A DNA stretch of 63,965 nt, counting the filler, from Pelomyxa schiedti (Eukaryota; Protista; Evosea): NCBI GenBank assembly GCA_020536535.1. It is 11 parts of 11 records of this genome, joined end to end, with 100 filler letters (N's around TTAATTAATTAA, not from the genome) between each part and the next. Parts side by side here need not be neighbours in the genome. Positions count along the whole stretch, not along the records: positions 24,648 to 44,814 come from JAHLWZ010001093.1; 10 more parts are not named here. The stretch is one strand, 5' to 3'. Position 1 is the first letter of the stretch; every line of letters starts with the position of its first letter. The position numbers and the translations under genes were made by a program. The notes below the pieces were generated by a model. It was not told where the DNA came from. It did no database searches and saw only the letters and a program-made list of their open reading frames with translations. Of this stretch, positions 26,056 through 39,586 are shown one piece after another.

Positions 26056-27637
26056 TCAGAGATGGGAGCCCAAAAGTTCCATTACAGCCAGTTCTACGTT
26101 GTTGTCATATTGGCGAAGAAGCCTGTGGTTCTGTTGCTCATCCACAAAGCCCATGCTCATCATGAGTGCATTGGCTTCACGCTCCTGGACCAGCTCAGGT
26201 TGTGGCACTGTTGGTGCAGGTGTAAAGACAGGAGGAACAGCAACTGGAGTGGGGGTAGGAGTAGGAGTAGGCCTGTAAGCCGGTGGGGGAGTGACTGGTG
26301 TGGTGGTATTTACAGGGGGGTGGTGGGGGTGGGAAGCCGAACATGCCCATGAAGGGGTGCTGATGGGGAGGAAAGGGTGGTGGGGTGCAGGGTGGGGCAG
26401 GGAACCAGCAGGGAGGGTTACATGGCGGTGGCGGAGGGAATCTGCCGAACCACCCACCTCGGCGGCCGCCGCAGAAGCCCCCACGGTGGTGACCACCGCG
26501 GCGCGGGTGTACAGGGAAAGGTATCTTTGTAAATAAATGAGAGGCGTCGTGAACGCCGGGCTTGACTTTGCATGTAGAGCAGAGGTCATAGTCAGGGCAC
26601 GCAGAGCACTTGTAACGATCTGCTTGTAGTTAGATTACCTTGTAATAAATTGGAAAATCAGTTACCTCCCATTATGATGTTCTCGCAGCAATCACATATG
26701 ACACCGTAGTGAATAGGCCTGCTGTTATTGGTGAGTCAAAGAGTTAATTACATTTGAAGTGGTTACTTGTTTTCCTTTGGTTTCTCCTCTGCGGGCTTCT
26801 CATCGGTTTTCTCCAAGCAGATATCCACGAATTGGCCAGAATTTTGTATATTGGACAAGACTTGAAGTGCGAAAGGCAGCATGAAAGGGAACATGGGCCC
26901 TCTGATGAAACCGGTGACACAATCTCTCACAAAAGAGCGAAGCTTTGTTGGGTCAGACGCTACAGAGCACAGCATAGGCAGTATGCCTCCCATTCCACAC
27001 ATTCCCTCGCCCATTGAAGCTACGACCGCAGGTAGAATGTGAGCGATACGCTCCACTTGGCCGGTTGCTATATTCACAAGCTCCTCCACGGCAGCCGGCT
27101 CCATAGCGCCGTGCTTTGCTTCTGTAAAAAATGAATATAAGCCAGGAAATGAAATAAGGTACAAACCTGCCGCGCGTAGAATCTCGACAACGCGGGAAAT
27201 TGCGGCAGGATCAATGGTATGTACCAATCCCTCGGGAGTGGGCTCCTCAGCGGGCTCCTCAGGCTTTGGTGGTGCAGCACTAGGAGTATTCGGGATCTGT
27301 GGCGGAACTGTCACTGGTGTCTTTCCCTCTAAAAGAAGGTTAGGGATAAACCAATAGTTAGATATAATATCACAAAATGAGGATAGATACGCAACAAACC
27401 AGTGAGTGTGAGCCTCAACAAACCGCTGGATCTCGTCAAAGCAACCGCGGCGGCAAATTCTGGCTGGGACGACATGGTGACCAGATCTCCCTCGTCGTCC
27501 GTGTACTTTAGTACAGCCTGTCTCTCGTCCACGCCAAACAAAGACGACACTGTGCGCACCACATCAGCAAATGACGATGACGCAGAAACAGCCGTCCTCC
27601 TGATTTCACCCTCGTACGTAATCTTTATTTGAAGCAT
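26056..27637 (-). CDS. PB1-ZZ-UBA protein (p62/SQSTM1/NBR1-like autophagy receptor)
   Basis: PB1: IKITYEGEIRR...LKYTDDEGDLVTM. ZZ: GVICDCCE...RYKCSACPDYDLCSTC. UBA: MSMGFVDEQQNHRLLRQYDNNVELAVMELL. Confidence 0.88.
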
Positions 27638-27885
27638 TGTTGTTCTTGTCTTTCTCTCAAGCTGTCGGTTGTGTTGTTTTTTTTTATTATGATTTTGTAA
27701 GCTTGTTAAATACAAAAAATCAAATTGACATGAGTAATTATTTTTGATGGACAGTTTCCTTAGATGGAAGTCAGGCCAATTGGAGCCGAGTAATTTATGG
27801 TGCCACTTCCAAAGCACTAGTACGACTTGCGTGTTAGTTTGAATTCACTTTAAATAAGGTTTTGTTTTGTTCAAGGAAGCTTGGG

Positions 27886-30107
27886 TCATTCTTTGAAAAC
27901 TCTTCCTCGCCCTTTTTCAACAACAAGTTGGGAATCCAGGTGCGCGAACTGTGACGGCCCAAGAAAACTTTGTATATAGTGCATCACTAGCAGTGGAATA
28001 CTACCTAGAGTGACTTTTGTGGTACTAGCAGCGTCCCTGTCTCTTCCTTCCTCGATCAGGTAATAGTGCTCCCAGCAAATGAGCCCGGCTTTGATTATCT
28101 GCTTGAACCAGGCTGGGAAGTCCCTGTGGTATTCAGGTTCCCATGTAGCAGGAACAGTGTTGATCTTCAGTTCTGCCCAATGGTAAAGAGGGGACTGTGG
28201 CAGAATAGTGTGTCCCTGGCGCCACATCAAAGCACGGACGGAGGCTGACAGGAGTGATAAGGGCAAATCCTGAGGATTTGCTCCATATCTGACAAGGAGG
28301 TCAACAGCCGGCCTTCCCATGTGGGTGTCTGCCAGGTGAACGCATTGGGGTGACATTCCGCCATTGAGGAGAACCTCAACTAACTCCAGGTTATTGGAAA
28401 AAAAGCACGGCCCGTATGTCTCATTCAGTTCCTTGTTGGGATCAGCACCATGCTGCAGTAGAACTTTTACTGTCTGTATAACTTGATCTATTGGGAGTGC
28501 TGATGGACCTGAGGCACGGCCTAGTATTAGGTGGAGTGGAAGGCAGTATCTGTGACGATAGAGATAAGTCTCAGGATTGTTGCGCAGCATAGGCATATTT
28601 GTATTAAGGGCCCGGCAATGAACCAGTAGTCCATCGACTAGAGCGGCGACTCCTTGTTCAACAGCAGTTGTGAAGAGTTTTTCTGCGATATCATAGCCGG
28701 CATATTCCACAGCACCCCAGAACCAGTCAGGCACATGCTGTTCTTGCGGCTGGTGTACGAAAAATGTGAACTGAATCAGGTAGAGAAGTGGAACTATATC
28801 ACGATAGAGTCGTCTTTGGAGTTCCGGGTCTGCCGAATTCATAATGGCACACAAGGCCGCGCTTATAATTTGAGAGTGTGTAGAAAATCGGCCAAGGTTT
28901 TGCACCAAAGATGATAGGAGGAAGAAACTGGTTGGAGGGTGTAACTTGAAAAGGTCGGTGAGGATTGATACTATTCTCTCCAGGAATCCCGGCTGCCAGG
29001 AGTATTCCAGGAATTCAATACACACTCTGATTGTATCATTCACTGTGGATATTCCTCTAGTAGAAAGAGCATCATGTAAGACCGTAAACTCCCACAGTTT
29101 CCCAGAGTCCGCAATCCAAAATTTGACTGCGGAAAGGAACAGGTCATTACCAATATCCGTTTTCATCATTCCGCGAAGTATGGACGATGCAATAAGCTGA
29201 TACCTTGGGTTATTCTGGTTCGACATCTTCTCCTTCATAATCATCTCTAATTTGGAGTGGAGAGAGACTGGGGCATGTTGTACAGCGAAACGCAAGCAAA
29301 TTGAGCTGATCACTTCATCTCCTATCTCTATTCTCTTCAATAGGGAATCTATGAGTTGTGGCATTGATTCCTGAAATAGAGTACTTCTCCTTTCATCCTG
29401 TAGAATAGAGGTCCAGAGTAAGATTGTTGCTTGTGTATTGTTAGAGGCCGGATTGGAAATGCACTTGCAGCTTAATTCGGCGAATATATTCCTCAAATGC
29501 GGGCAATCCAGGAGCAAAAACTCACGAAGGGCATCAAAGTAACTCTGACGCACAGTGGCGTTCGCACTCCATGGTTCAGCGAGCATCTTTGCAGTTATTA
29601 ATATGTCTTCTTCTGTGAAACAGGGGCAAAGCAGAGCGCTGCCGAGAACTTGCATAGCTCCATCGGTTTCTTGCTTAGTCAAGCTCTGAAGCCTGGTGAG
29701 TAATTTCGTTATTAACTCTGCCGGAATTTTGTGTTCTGACTATGGAATTAGATAAACACTGATTGACAATGAATACCAGTCATAGGAACGCTCAACAGAT
29801 ATTTGATGAAGTATATTTCCAGCTTGAAGTCCTTATGAACGGATAGAGAATCCCAGAAACTAGATAGCTTTTGCCGTTCCGGTGTATATATATTGAATAA
29901 TCTGCCGGTTTTGGCACACACATCATCATTTTCCATGCCCATCACGGAATTCCTACTGTCCATTGCTGACATCCTCATCAACACTCTCTCAAGTTCCTTT
30001 TTCCGCTCCGAGTACCAATCATCATCCCCAACGCACGCCGCGTGGAACACACCCAGATCTTCGTCCTCGCACCCACTGACACTAGTACTAGTGCTGGTAG
30101 TGCTCAT
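27886..30107 (-). CDS. Helical-repeat plus ankyrin-repeat protein with C-terminal WxPxxH..FP / F-box-like motif
   Basis: 598-codon uninterrupted exon. VKVLLQHGADPN, LELVEVLLNGG, LLVRYGANP. C-terminal WEPEYHRDFPAWFK...IPLLVMHYIQSFL. Short upstream exon from 30107. Confidence 0.75.
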
Positions 30108-30358
30108 TGTGGGATGTCTTGTTTGTTTGAATGATGGTCGGTTCAAATGTTTGTGATCGTTCGCAAACAAACTTCGGTTCTGTGAACTGAGCATGATGAC
30201 GATTGTGTCAATGATCCAGCGGGATGTGGTGTTCTTTCCTTCTTTGAGAAGCCGATCCGACAGTGCAATGATGGGATGACTCATACACGACGTTTGGTTA
30301 TTTGTGCCCAGTTTCTTTTTTCTGACTAGTAAGGTGCCTCGTGTGACATCCCACAACA

Positions 30359-31411
30359 ATGAGGCAGAAGAAGAAGGCACAGCAACAACAACAGCAACAA
30401 CTGGCCCCCAGCCCCACCCCCGCGCCAACGCCAACGCCAACGCCAACGCCAACGCCAACGCCAACGCCAACGCCAACACCAACACCAACAGATGCATCCC
30501 CTGCGGCGCCCCCCGTTGCTTTGGTTTCCCCGCGGTCCCTCCACCCGCACCAACCACAGCCGGCCCACTGTGTCCCTCGCCCGCCGCCGCGGCCCATTGC
30601 ACCGCGTGCCCCAAGCCACAGCCAGCAGCAGCAGCAGCAGCAGCAGGGGGCCCCCGCAGCGGCACATGTGGCTGACATGGCGCAGAAGAAAGAAGCCACG
30701 CAGCCCGCAGCATCGGTACCACGAAAGATAGTAGTAGTTACTGTGGGGCCAAGATACAAACCAACACCGGCACCGGCTGCTTCTCTCACGTCACCACAAT
30801 CTGCAACTGTGGAAACCTCTAAAACCACGAATGACAGTCAAACAGACTCCCCGCGTTCTGCAATCGCTCCCACATTGTCACGTGCCTTCGCTGTAACTCC
30901 AAGTGAATCCATACCACAACAACACAGTGATGGTGCGACTACAAAGGCGCCACTTTACACGAAACCCCCACCTTCAGCAGTCATCAGTGAGAATTATCAT
31001 AGAGGGAGAAGCACAACTAGGAGGAGTAGGAGCAGAAGTAGGAGTAGAAGCAGGAGTAGGAGTTGGAGCAGAAGTTGGAGTAGGAGTCAAAGTAGGTGCA
31101 GCTGTAAGAGTTGTAGCACCTGTGACTCTGAAGAACTCGCCTCTGACGATGAGAGCCTCGAGGCGTTCAACAACTATTGCAAAGAAGCATTGAGAAAGGT
31201 GAGAAAGAGTGTGACTCTGATCAAGAGGCTTAGAAATCAGCGAAACAGTGCATGGGAGGAGCTCCGGAAACGGAGTTGTGCATCTGCTTCGGAATGTGAA
31301 ATGAATCATGGAAAAGAAGAAAGAAGCAACACAGAGCCAACACCACGAAAACGCCTTCCTGATCCAACTGCTGAGAGTCCGGTTGGTCAAGTACCTAAAA
31401 AACCTGTATGA
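30359..31411 (+). CDS. Low-complexity hypothetical protein (polyQ, PT repeat, RS repeat, short coiled coil)
   Basis: 350-codon ORF built partly from (CCAACG)n, (CAG)n and AGGAGT repeats. Confidence 0.5.
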   Translation: MRQKKKAQQQQQQQLAPSPTPAPTPTPTPTPTPTPTPTPTPTPTDASPAAPPVALVSPRSLHPHQPQPAHCVPRPPPRPIAPRAPSHSQQQQQQQQGAPAAAHVADMAQKKEATQPAASVPRKIVVVTVGPRYKPTPAPAASLTSPQSATVETSKTTNDSQTDSPRSAIAPTLSRAFAVTPSESIPQQHSDGATTKAPLYTKPPPSAVISENYHRGRSTTRRSRSRSRSRSRSRSWSRSWSRSQSRCSCKSCSTCDSEELASDDESLEAFNNYCKEALRKVRKSVTLIKRLRNQRNSAWEELRKRSCASASECEMNHGKEERSNTEPTPRKRLPDPTAESPVGQVPKKPV

Positions 31412-31593
31412 CATCCAGTGCATAAAAACTATTCGTGATTCAACACTAATAGAGAACCGATAATCAAAGGAATACTACAACATCCATAACCTGAGGTATG
31501 GTTTATCTCATGTTTATAAAAACACAAACATGTAACAATTCCATTAGAGAGTTTGAAAAGCAAACCATCACGTTTTTATTGGGCGCATACCCA

Positions 31594-34500
31594 TTAATGA
31601 AGTTTTGAAAAAAAAAAAGTTTTCACTATGGGGTGTTTGGTGTTTGGTGGTTGTATTATGAGAACTCGGAGCGGTGTGGTTGTGTGATGATGGGCGGTGA
31701 TGACTGGAGCAGAGTGGGTGGTGATGACGATAATGGGAGTGGTGTTATGAGCGACGCCGCGGGGTTGGTCCTGTTTGGTTTGATTTGATTCCATTAGATT
31801 GGAGAGGAGTGTTGAGAAGGGTGGAAGGGGTGTAATACACACAGCTGTTGTGCCGGGGTTCCGGTCTTGTGGGCTCCGGTGTTGTCTGACAGTGTCCTGT
31901 AATTTATTAGGTGTTTGTTTTGGCTGCTCTAGGCGAAACCTGTGCATGGCCGTGGGTGATCCGCTGGCACCACTTTGGTCTAATCTAAATATCTCAGTTA
32001 GCGAGGTTGGTGGGCCGTAAAATGAGTTTATACCTCCTTGATGGAGAAGATGCAAGCTGATGTGGTTGGGACTGTCTCATTGCGAGAAGGGTGTCACTCA
32101 TCTGCTTTAGCGATGCCTGCAATCTGTCGTGGAATTAGCGTAAGGATGTTATGCAAAAACGTCTTACAGTGATATCTGTGCAACAACAAGTTGGTGAGAC
32201 GTTTCCACCCTACAAACGATGTTAGAAGGAAAGCCGGAATTGAGTATATGGAACCTGGCTGGAACAGCCTTGGTGACATCCAAGACATTGTTCAGAGTGG
32301 CAAGTTGAGGAGCAATCTGCTGAGATATTCTAGGGAAATTCGTTGGAAATTAATGTATTTGATATCTAAAGTACAATGCGGGCAAGTTCTTCTGAGCTTC
32401 CATAATCTGGCTACATATCGTGTAAACTTGTTTGGGAACTCTGTGGGTGCAAAGTTAGTGGGGAATTTGTGAGACTTGGAGACATACTCTGAGGGTAATT
32501 TAGCGGAAACTCCATTGACAGCCTGGAAAAGAGCTGTGCATAATTCATGTAGTTGAGAGTATTCTGGAATAACAGTTTTTTCAACTCTAATAGAGAGTAA
32601 GGATAGAGCTGGAAATTGGAGTGTACAAATCAGATGTGTGTGCGGAAAGGTTATAAGTGTAGTTCGACAAAACATTTAGTGAATCGCTGAGGTTGCACCA
32701 ATGGGTATTCATATCGGCACTTAGTTTGGAACAGATGGACTGTGTTTCACTGATAATCGGCTGATTTTCAGATTTAACCCTAAAGAAAAGTTAGAAACTT
32801 CAGGCAAATAGTCATACGTGTTGGAAATAGCCTCTAATTTGTCTACAATGTGTTGTGATTGTACTGGGAACCTGTAAATACGACTTAAAAAAAAACAAAA
32901 AAACCTGAACGTGCTCAATACCTTCTTACTTCTTGAGCTAGGCTTTCTACTTTGGAGAGTAATCTGTGCAGAAGTGAGCATATGGTACTGCGATATATTT
33001 GGGCTACTGTGTGAATTCAGGTGATTGCGGTGTAGAGCCCCTTTTTGCTGGATCCATCCTTAAGACTGTCAGAGGGGAGAACAAAAATTGGCCTACAACG
33101 ATGGAGGAATGCCCCTGTCTAATTTCTTCTTTATGCTAAAGCATATTAAGTGTGCTAAAACTGATAAAATTCGTACTCTTGTAAAGCTGATAGCGCTTCA
33201 TTGCTATTTATACTGAATTGGATGGGTGTTAGGATTGCGTTTAAGAAAGGAAATTTACATAGCGGAGTTTGCATCAGTAATTATAGTTTTAAGTTCTTGA
33301 GATTGCCTGTTTGAGAATCGGGCGGTCACAAATGAATAACGGGGATGAAATGTACTTGGCAATGATATGCGTGAGTTCATTGGGCAGTTGAGTTGTCAGT
33401 GATGATAATTGTAGGGAAAGCTGCTGTTCAATATGGTGTTTGTACTCGTGCATCAACTGCTCCATCCTACTTTATTATTACATTCTACAAATTAAAGAAA
33501 TCGAGGAACTTTGTGGCATTTTCTGTTGATGTTACTTGAGGTCCCAAACTTAATTTGGCACTTAAAAGAAGGTACAATTTCAGAAGTAAATACCTCGGAA
33601 GGTGTTCGGTGCCTCTGAGTTCTTTCATGCTTTCTTGAATATTTCTGGAAGTTGACTCTAACTGTGTCAACCTATGAAGATGTTAAAACCGAGATTTGGT
33701 AGAGTGCTCTACTTAAGTTGCACATCTTTCCAATCGTTATCACTTTCTAGTACTTTTTCTTTGATTTCTTTCTGGCATCTTGTAGTAAATTGTTATTTTG
33801 TTCTAAGTCTACCAAGGGTACTTACTTTACAAGAGTGTCTAATTGTGAAGAAATTCCATCTATTTGCAATCCGTTGGAAGATAGAGGACCTGGCATTGAA
33901 GATGGCGTGGAGAAGACGGGAGTTGACTTTAGAACCACAGATCTGCTCTATGTTAAACAATTGGAATGCACCAAATGGGCTAACTTAAGCTGATTGAGCT
34001 CGTCAGTCAAGGAACCAACAGAACTTTGCATGTGTTGCTGCTGCTCCGTGAGTTTCTTCAATTCAGCAATCAATCTTCATACGCTCAGTCACCAGAATTA
34101 TAAGAGGAATGTTACCCTTCCTGTGCTGGGACTGGCCGATTACTTTCAAACTTCTCATTTCTTTCTCTATTTGGTTTTAAGGTAACGTAAATTAATTAGT
34201 GGTTGAAAACTTCATAATAAGAGTTTCAATGGCATGAGACATGTTGGTTAAAGAGGTCTCTTGAATTTGTTGCAGTTGCTGTATTGCTTGGGCCTGAGCG
34301 TCCAACTTCTCATTCAATCTATAAAATGGAAGTTTAAAGTCCAGGTTTTTGTGCACGTACTTGGATGAATCCAACTGTGAAGTGGTAGTGGAGTCATGGT
34401 GGGGTTCATATGGACCCAACCGGCTTTCCAATCTGCCAAAAAGTGTGCTCAGTATTTCATTTGGGTCTGAGCAAGAAAAGCAACGTGGGTACCTTGAAAC

Positions 34501-35962
34501 AAGTCCCTCAAAATGTGCGAGAGTTGACTGCATTTTCGATAAATTGTCTGTTTGTTCCTTAAATTTCTCCTCCAACCTTGTAGTTTTAATGAGGATAGAA
34601 ACAATAAATTCGCATGCGTACACGAACATCATATCAGCAGTACAGGTTTTAGAATTCACTGCTGCCTCTGTAGAGCTGGAATATACGGAGTTAATGCGAT
34701 ACGGCTCCTAAATAGCCTAACCTCTTAGAAATGTCCTTGAGTGCTGTTAATAACGGATTCCCACCAATCAATAAAGGTTTGCACAGCGCCTTCTGTTCTT
34801 CAAAAAGATGCTTGAAGCTGAGTAAAAGTCAGACCTCAGGGACCCACACTTTTTTACCTGGATAATAGAACAGCTAAAGAGCAGTGATCTGTTTTGTGCA
34901 TTGCCTGTGAATTCAAAATTTCTTGTTTGGCACTATGGATGTCCTTACTGAAGTGTATGAGTGAAGCGCAAAAAAAAAAAAAAAAAAGGTTTAACCTTAG
35001 TGACAAACGCATTTGGAGTAAGGCAGTGGCATGTTTGTTAAACTTAATGTTAATTGGAGTGACCAAGTTGCGTATGAAGAATTTTCCCTTCTCTGAAAGC
35101 CCTCTGATTATTTGTTAGATGGGCCTTTAGATGTTTGGTGCACCTCTTTCCAGAAAAGCCACAGAAGTAAAATAGAAGGTAGGAAGAGAGAAGCAAGAAA
35201 ACGCAACCTCCGAGAGCAATAAGCATCTTAACCAACCCTAGTTGGGTTGTAAGGGGAGTTATTTTGTTGTAATGTTTTCCTACGCAAGAGCGAATCGCCA
35301 GAGCCGTTCTTCTCGGAGATATCCCAGTTCCGAGTAAGGCTAAAGAAGCAAGCCACTACCGCGAAAATTGCCAAAGGAAGCAGTTTTGCCCTCAGTGTGC
35401 TCACATCAGAGGCAGATACTTCAGCAGCAGTGTCCTCAGGCTCCTCTTCACAGTTTTGTCCGCATGTATCCTCTGCCATGTCCCCACAACTCTCCTTCCC
35501 ATAATCGGAGTTTTCAGCTGTGCTGCCCTGGTCAATTTCCACGGGTTCGCACGCCTCCCTTTCGTCCGCAACAGGATCCTCTCCCTCTTCACTCGTCCCA
35601 TAATCCTTTCCACGTGCCCAACCACACGCAGTGCCCTCCGCGTCGTCGGCGGAATCTGCTCCCCCAGGCGACCCATAATCGCCGTCGCCCTCACCCTCGC
35701 CACTCGCGTCGGCTCCGTTGTCATCGCACGCCCCGCACGCGTCTTCTCCTTCTGCGTCGCGCGCGTTTTCGTCGGTCGTGGCCATCGCGGCCGTAGTAGG
35801 AATAGGCTCGGGGCAAACTTCTGTGGTCGTAGGGGCCGGCGAGTGCGACGGCGAAGGCGTCAGTGTTGAGTCGGGAGGTGCGGCGCCGACGTCGCCGTCA
35901 GATCCAGGCTCGTCGGCTTTTTTTGCGGTAACCGCGCCTCGCCGTCGAAACCACCCCAGCAT
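31594..35962 (-). CDS. Large multi-exon hypothetical protein: acidic N-terminus, TM segments, long coiled coil; 3' end uncertain
   Basis: Chain of minus-strand ORFs separated by short introns. Hydrophobic LLPLAIFAVVACFF and LIALGGCVFLLLSSYLLFYF; Q/E/K-rich heptads. Confidence 0.55.
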
Positions 35963-36194
35963 CTACCTTGCTTCTTCGATTTTTTGTTTTTGTTTTTTTT
36001 CCTTTTTGTTTGGAGGATGCCTATTTATAACAGTTCGATCAAACTGTGATCCGGACTGGACTTGTTGTTCCAATGGGAAGTAAGATCAAGAAATAAAGGT
36101 ACTTATATTACACAAGTTGTTTTGTGGCGAAATTGGTGGGTTCTATCCACCAAAGAGGCCTGGCAAATGTAGTTCAATGATCAGAAAATCAATC

Positions 36195-36848
<654 letters not shown>

Positions 36849-37018
36849 CTATCACTACTCTTTGTTGTTTTGTTGCTTTGTTTTCAGATGATCACTCTGT
36901 TTTCTTTCCACTCTTAAAAAGAAAAGGAAGAAATACCTGTGTGTAGCGGCTCGACTCCGTGCGGTTATTTGAATCGCTCGTCGATTTGATCTCCAACGAA
37001 TTTTCAAAGAAGGGTTTT

Positions 37019-39509
37019 TCACGAGGATAAGGCCTCTAGCCACTTGGATTTAATGGAGTCAGACGAGCACACGAACACGAGGGGTTGCGCATCGGGCCTT
37101 GTGATGAACCGGCTGATGTGATGATGTGGTGGCTGTGGTGGTGTTGGCGGTGGAACCCCGGGCGCAGGCGGCATCATCATCGCAACCAATGCTCCCACGT
37201 CCGGGTGTTGGTGTTGGTCTTTGTTGCTGCCTCGCGGCGTGATTCCATTTGTACCGAGTGAACCTGAAGGGTTTTGGTATTGTTGCTGCTGTTGGTGTTG
37301 TTGGTCCGGATTTGATGTCCGCAGTGGGAATCGGGGCGATGGTGATGGTGATGGGGAAATGGAAGAGGATGGTGATGGGGACTGGGATTGGCGTTGTGGG
37401 TTGAGGCTCGAAGGTTCCGGTGTTATTCTGACTTGAAATGTAGGGGTTCCGGGTGTATCTGTGACTTCGATGCGGCTTTTCTCTGCTGAGAGGAGGTCCC
37501 GCTTTGTTTGCAGCACTAGCTTCTTGGGCATAACACACAGGAAGTGGCTCTGCGTGACAACGAGGTAGGCTTCTTTTGGCTCCGCCAGGTTGCTTGTTTG
37601 AAGGGCGATGGTGCCTTCCATGACAAGAGGGGGCATGCAGTTGACGGTTTGTGGAAGGCTTGGCGGCATGAGCACGCTGATAATGCGCTTGTAGTTGACC
37701 TTCTCCACCATGTCCTCTACCCTTTTCACCACTTCAGAACTCTTCACAAAGGCATTGGCTCTGGTATTCAGGAACTGTAGAGCTGCTAGTGCAGTGGAAA
37801 GGGAACAGAATCTGTCACAGGGTTCCGGCGACGCAGCGGTAGTGTTGATGCAGGGTTCCGGTAGCACTTCGAGCAGAGATTTTAGCATCAAGGGGTACTT
37901 CGTCAGTCTTTGCAAAGGTTTGACAAGAAATGCCTAGAGGTGTGAGTGTTCATTTACGAAATGAGAGTTAAACCTGCAGCTGAAGTTTCCGGCATTCCGG
38001 TCTGCTGCCAATTTCTTGCAAAACTCCAGCAAGCTTGGGTTTGTACTGAATTTTTTGTAGTGTGTGCTGGCTCTGAATCATGTTAGAATGGTATTTGGAG
38101 AATTGTGGTTACCGCGCTTTGTCCACAGAGGTATTGAGTGTACTCCCTTGTCATGTCTTGTTTTACACTGAGGAAAGCTTCACCGATGGGCGGGAAAGTA
38201 TTGGGATTTTCTTTGATTTCCTGAAAAGCCTTTTTAAGTTGTGCAAGTAGTTTGCTGGAAGCTGATTAAAATTAAAAGGGCCGGCAGCAGAGGAAAGGCC
38301 TTGCCTGTTGACCCGAACCAGGGACGTAATGTTGCAGAAAAGAGCTTGAAAATGCTTGGGTTTCAGAATCTTCTCCAGTGGTTCAACAAAACAGGTGCTT
38401 ATGATGTAGAGATCTGCAATGTAACTGTCCTTTAGAAGCATGAGTTGAGGGTAAAAAGTATGAAGAGAACCTCTGTTACGAAGAGCTCTTCGATTATCTT
38501 GAATCTTTTAAAGGCAGTCTTCAGAGGTGTTAGCGCAATTTGGTAATGGTGTTTTAGGAGAGAGGAAATACCTCATCAATTTCCGGACAAGTTGGACTGG
38601 TCGAGGATCCTATTTGCTCAGGTACCGCAAGGTTAGGGGAACTGTTGGAGTCTTCCTGAGGTTTAGGGGGTGGCACCTGTGGGGATAGGGTTGATTGTAC
38701 CTCCTCAGATGCGTGGGGTATTTCCAGATTTTCTTGTACTGAGGGTGGATGTTGTGTGGGCTGCGAATGCGCATTTGGAAGCGGAAGTTGCTGAGAGATA
38801 GAAGGCGTTCCAGGTGCAGCTTCGGACTGCTGATAAGAAGTCGGTGCCTTCACAGTAATCAGTTGCGGCCGTGGAACCTGCCTTCTGACAACGGATGTTT
38901 GCGCCAACGGAAGCGTGGTTAGGCCAGCTCCAGTTGCAACCGGAGTAGCAGCACTTTTCCGCGTTGGTTTGCCCTGATCAATTTGATGCGACCCTAAGAG
39001 GAATTAAGTATCACCGGTGAGTCCGAATCCTACACACCTGGAGTTGCTGCACCAGTCCCAAGAGCTTTTCCCCCGGAGTCACTCTTTGGCTTCAGAATTG
39101 TCCCCCGCCGCAACCAAATCGCGGAAGCAGCCAACGCACAGAGCACAACGAGGCACAAGAATGAGCCATACCCACCAATCTTCCAGCACTCCATTCCACC
39201 TCTTCCACTATCAATAATCACACCACTGTCATCACTCCTGACTGACAAACACCAAACAATGTCACACCAACCCAATCCAATCCCATAATGCGGATCCTCG
39301 TTCTCGGCAACGATCGGTGGCGTCGCTTCCCGGCCGCCGTTGTCGTTGTATTCGAGGCCGCTGCTGCACGCAGTCGCGAATGCGAGTGACAGCAATCGCC
39401 GGATGAAGTGCGTCGAAATGAGACCCCACGTCACAACGCACATCGCGATTACAATTCCGACCGCGTAAGGCAAACAACACACACCCATAATAGCGCGGCG
39501 GGCCCGCAT
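37019..39509 (-). CDS. DH-PH RhoGEF with N-terminal hydrophobic (TM) segment(s)
   Basis: KRFKIIEELFVTE|DSYIADL, LFCNITSL, PECRKLQLQ|AFLVKPLQRLTKYPLML and a split PH domain ending KSKWLEAL. The 5' exon joins in frame through a 44-nt GT-AG intron at ~38994-39037. Confidence 0.82.
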
Positions 39510-39586
39510 GCTTAGATTGTCAGTCCCATCTCTGCCTATCATCAACTTTCGAAAGTTGAAAAATTTTTCATCCACATAGTTTTCGT

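Noticed and set aside
38520-38571. Possible U12-type intron (GTATTTCC donor)
   Set aside because: Does not match the RTATCCTT consensus, and no TCCTTAAC branch site is present.
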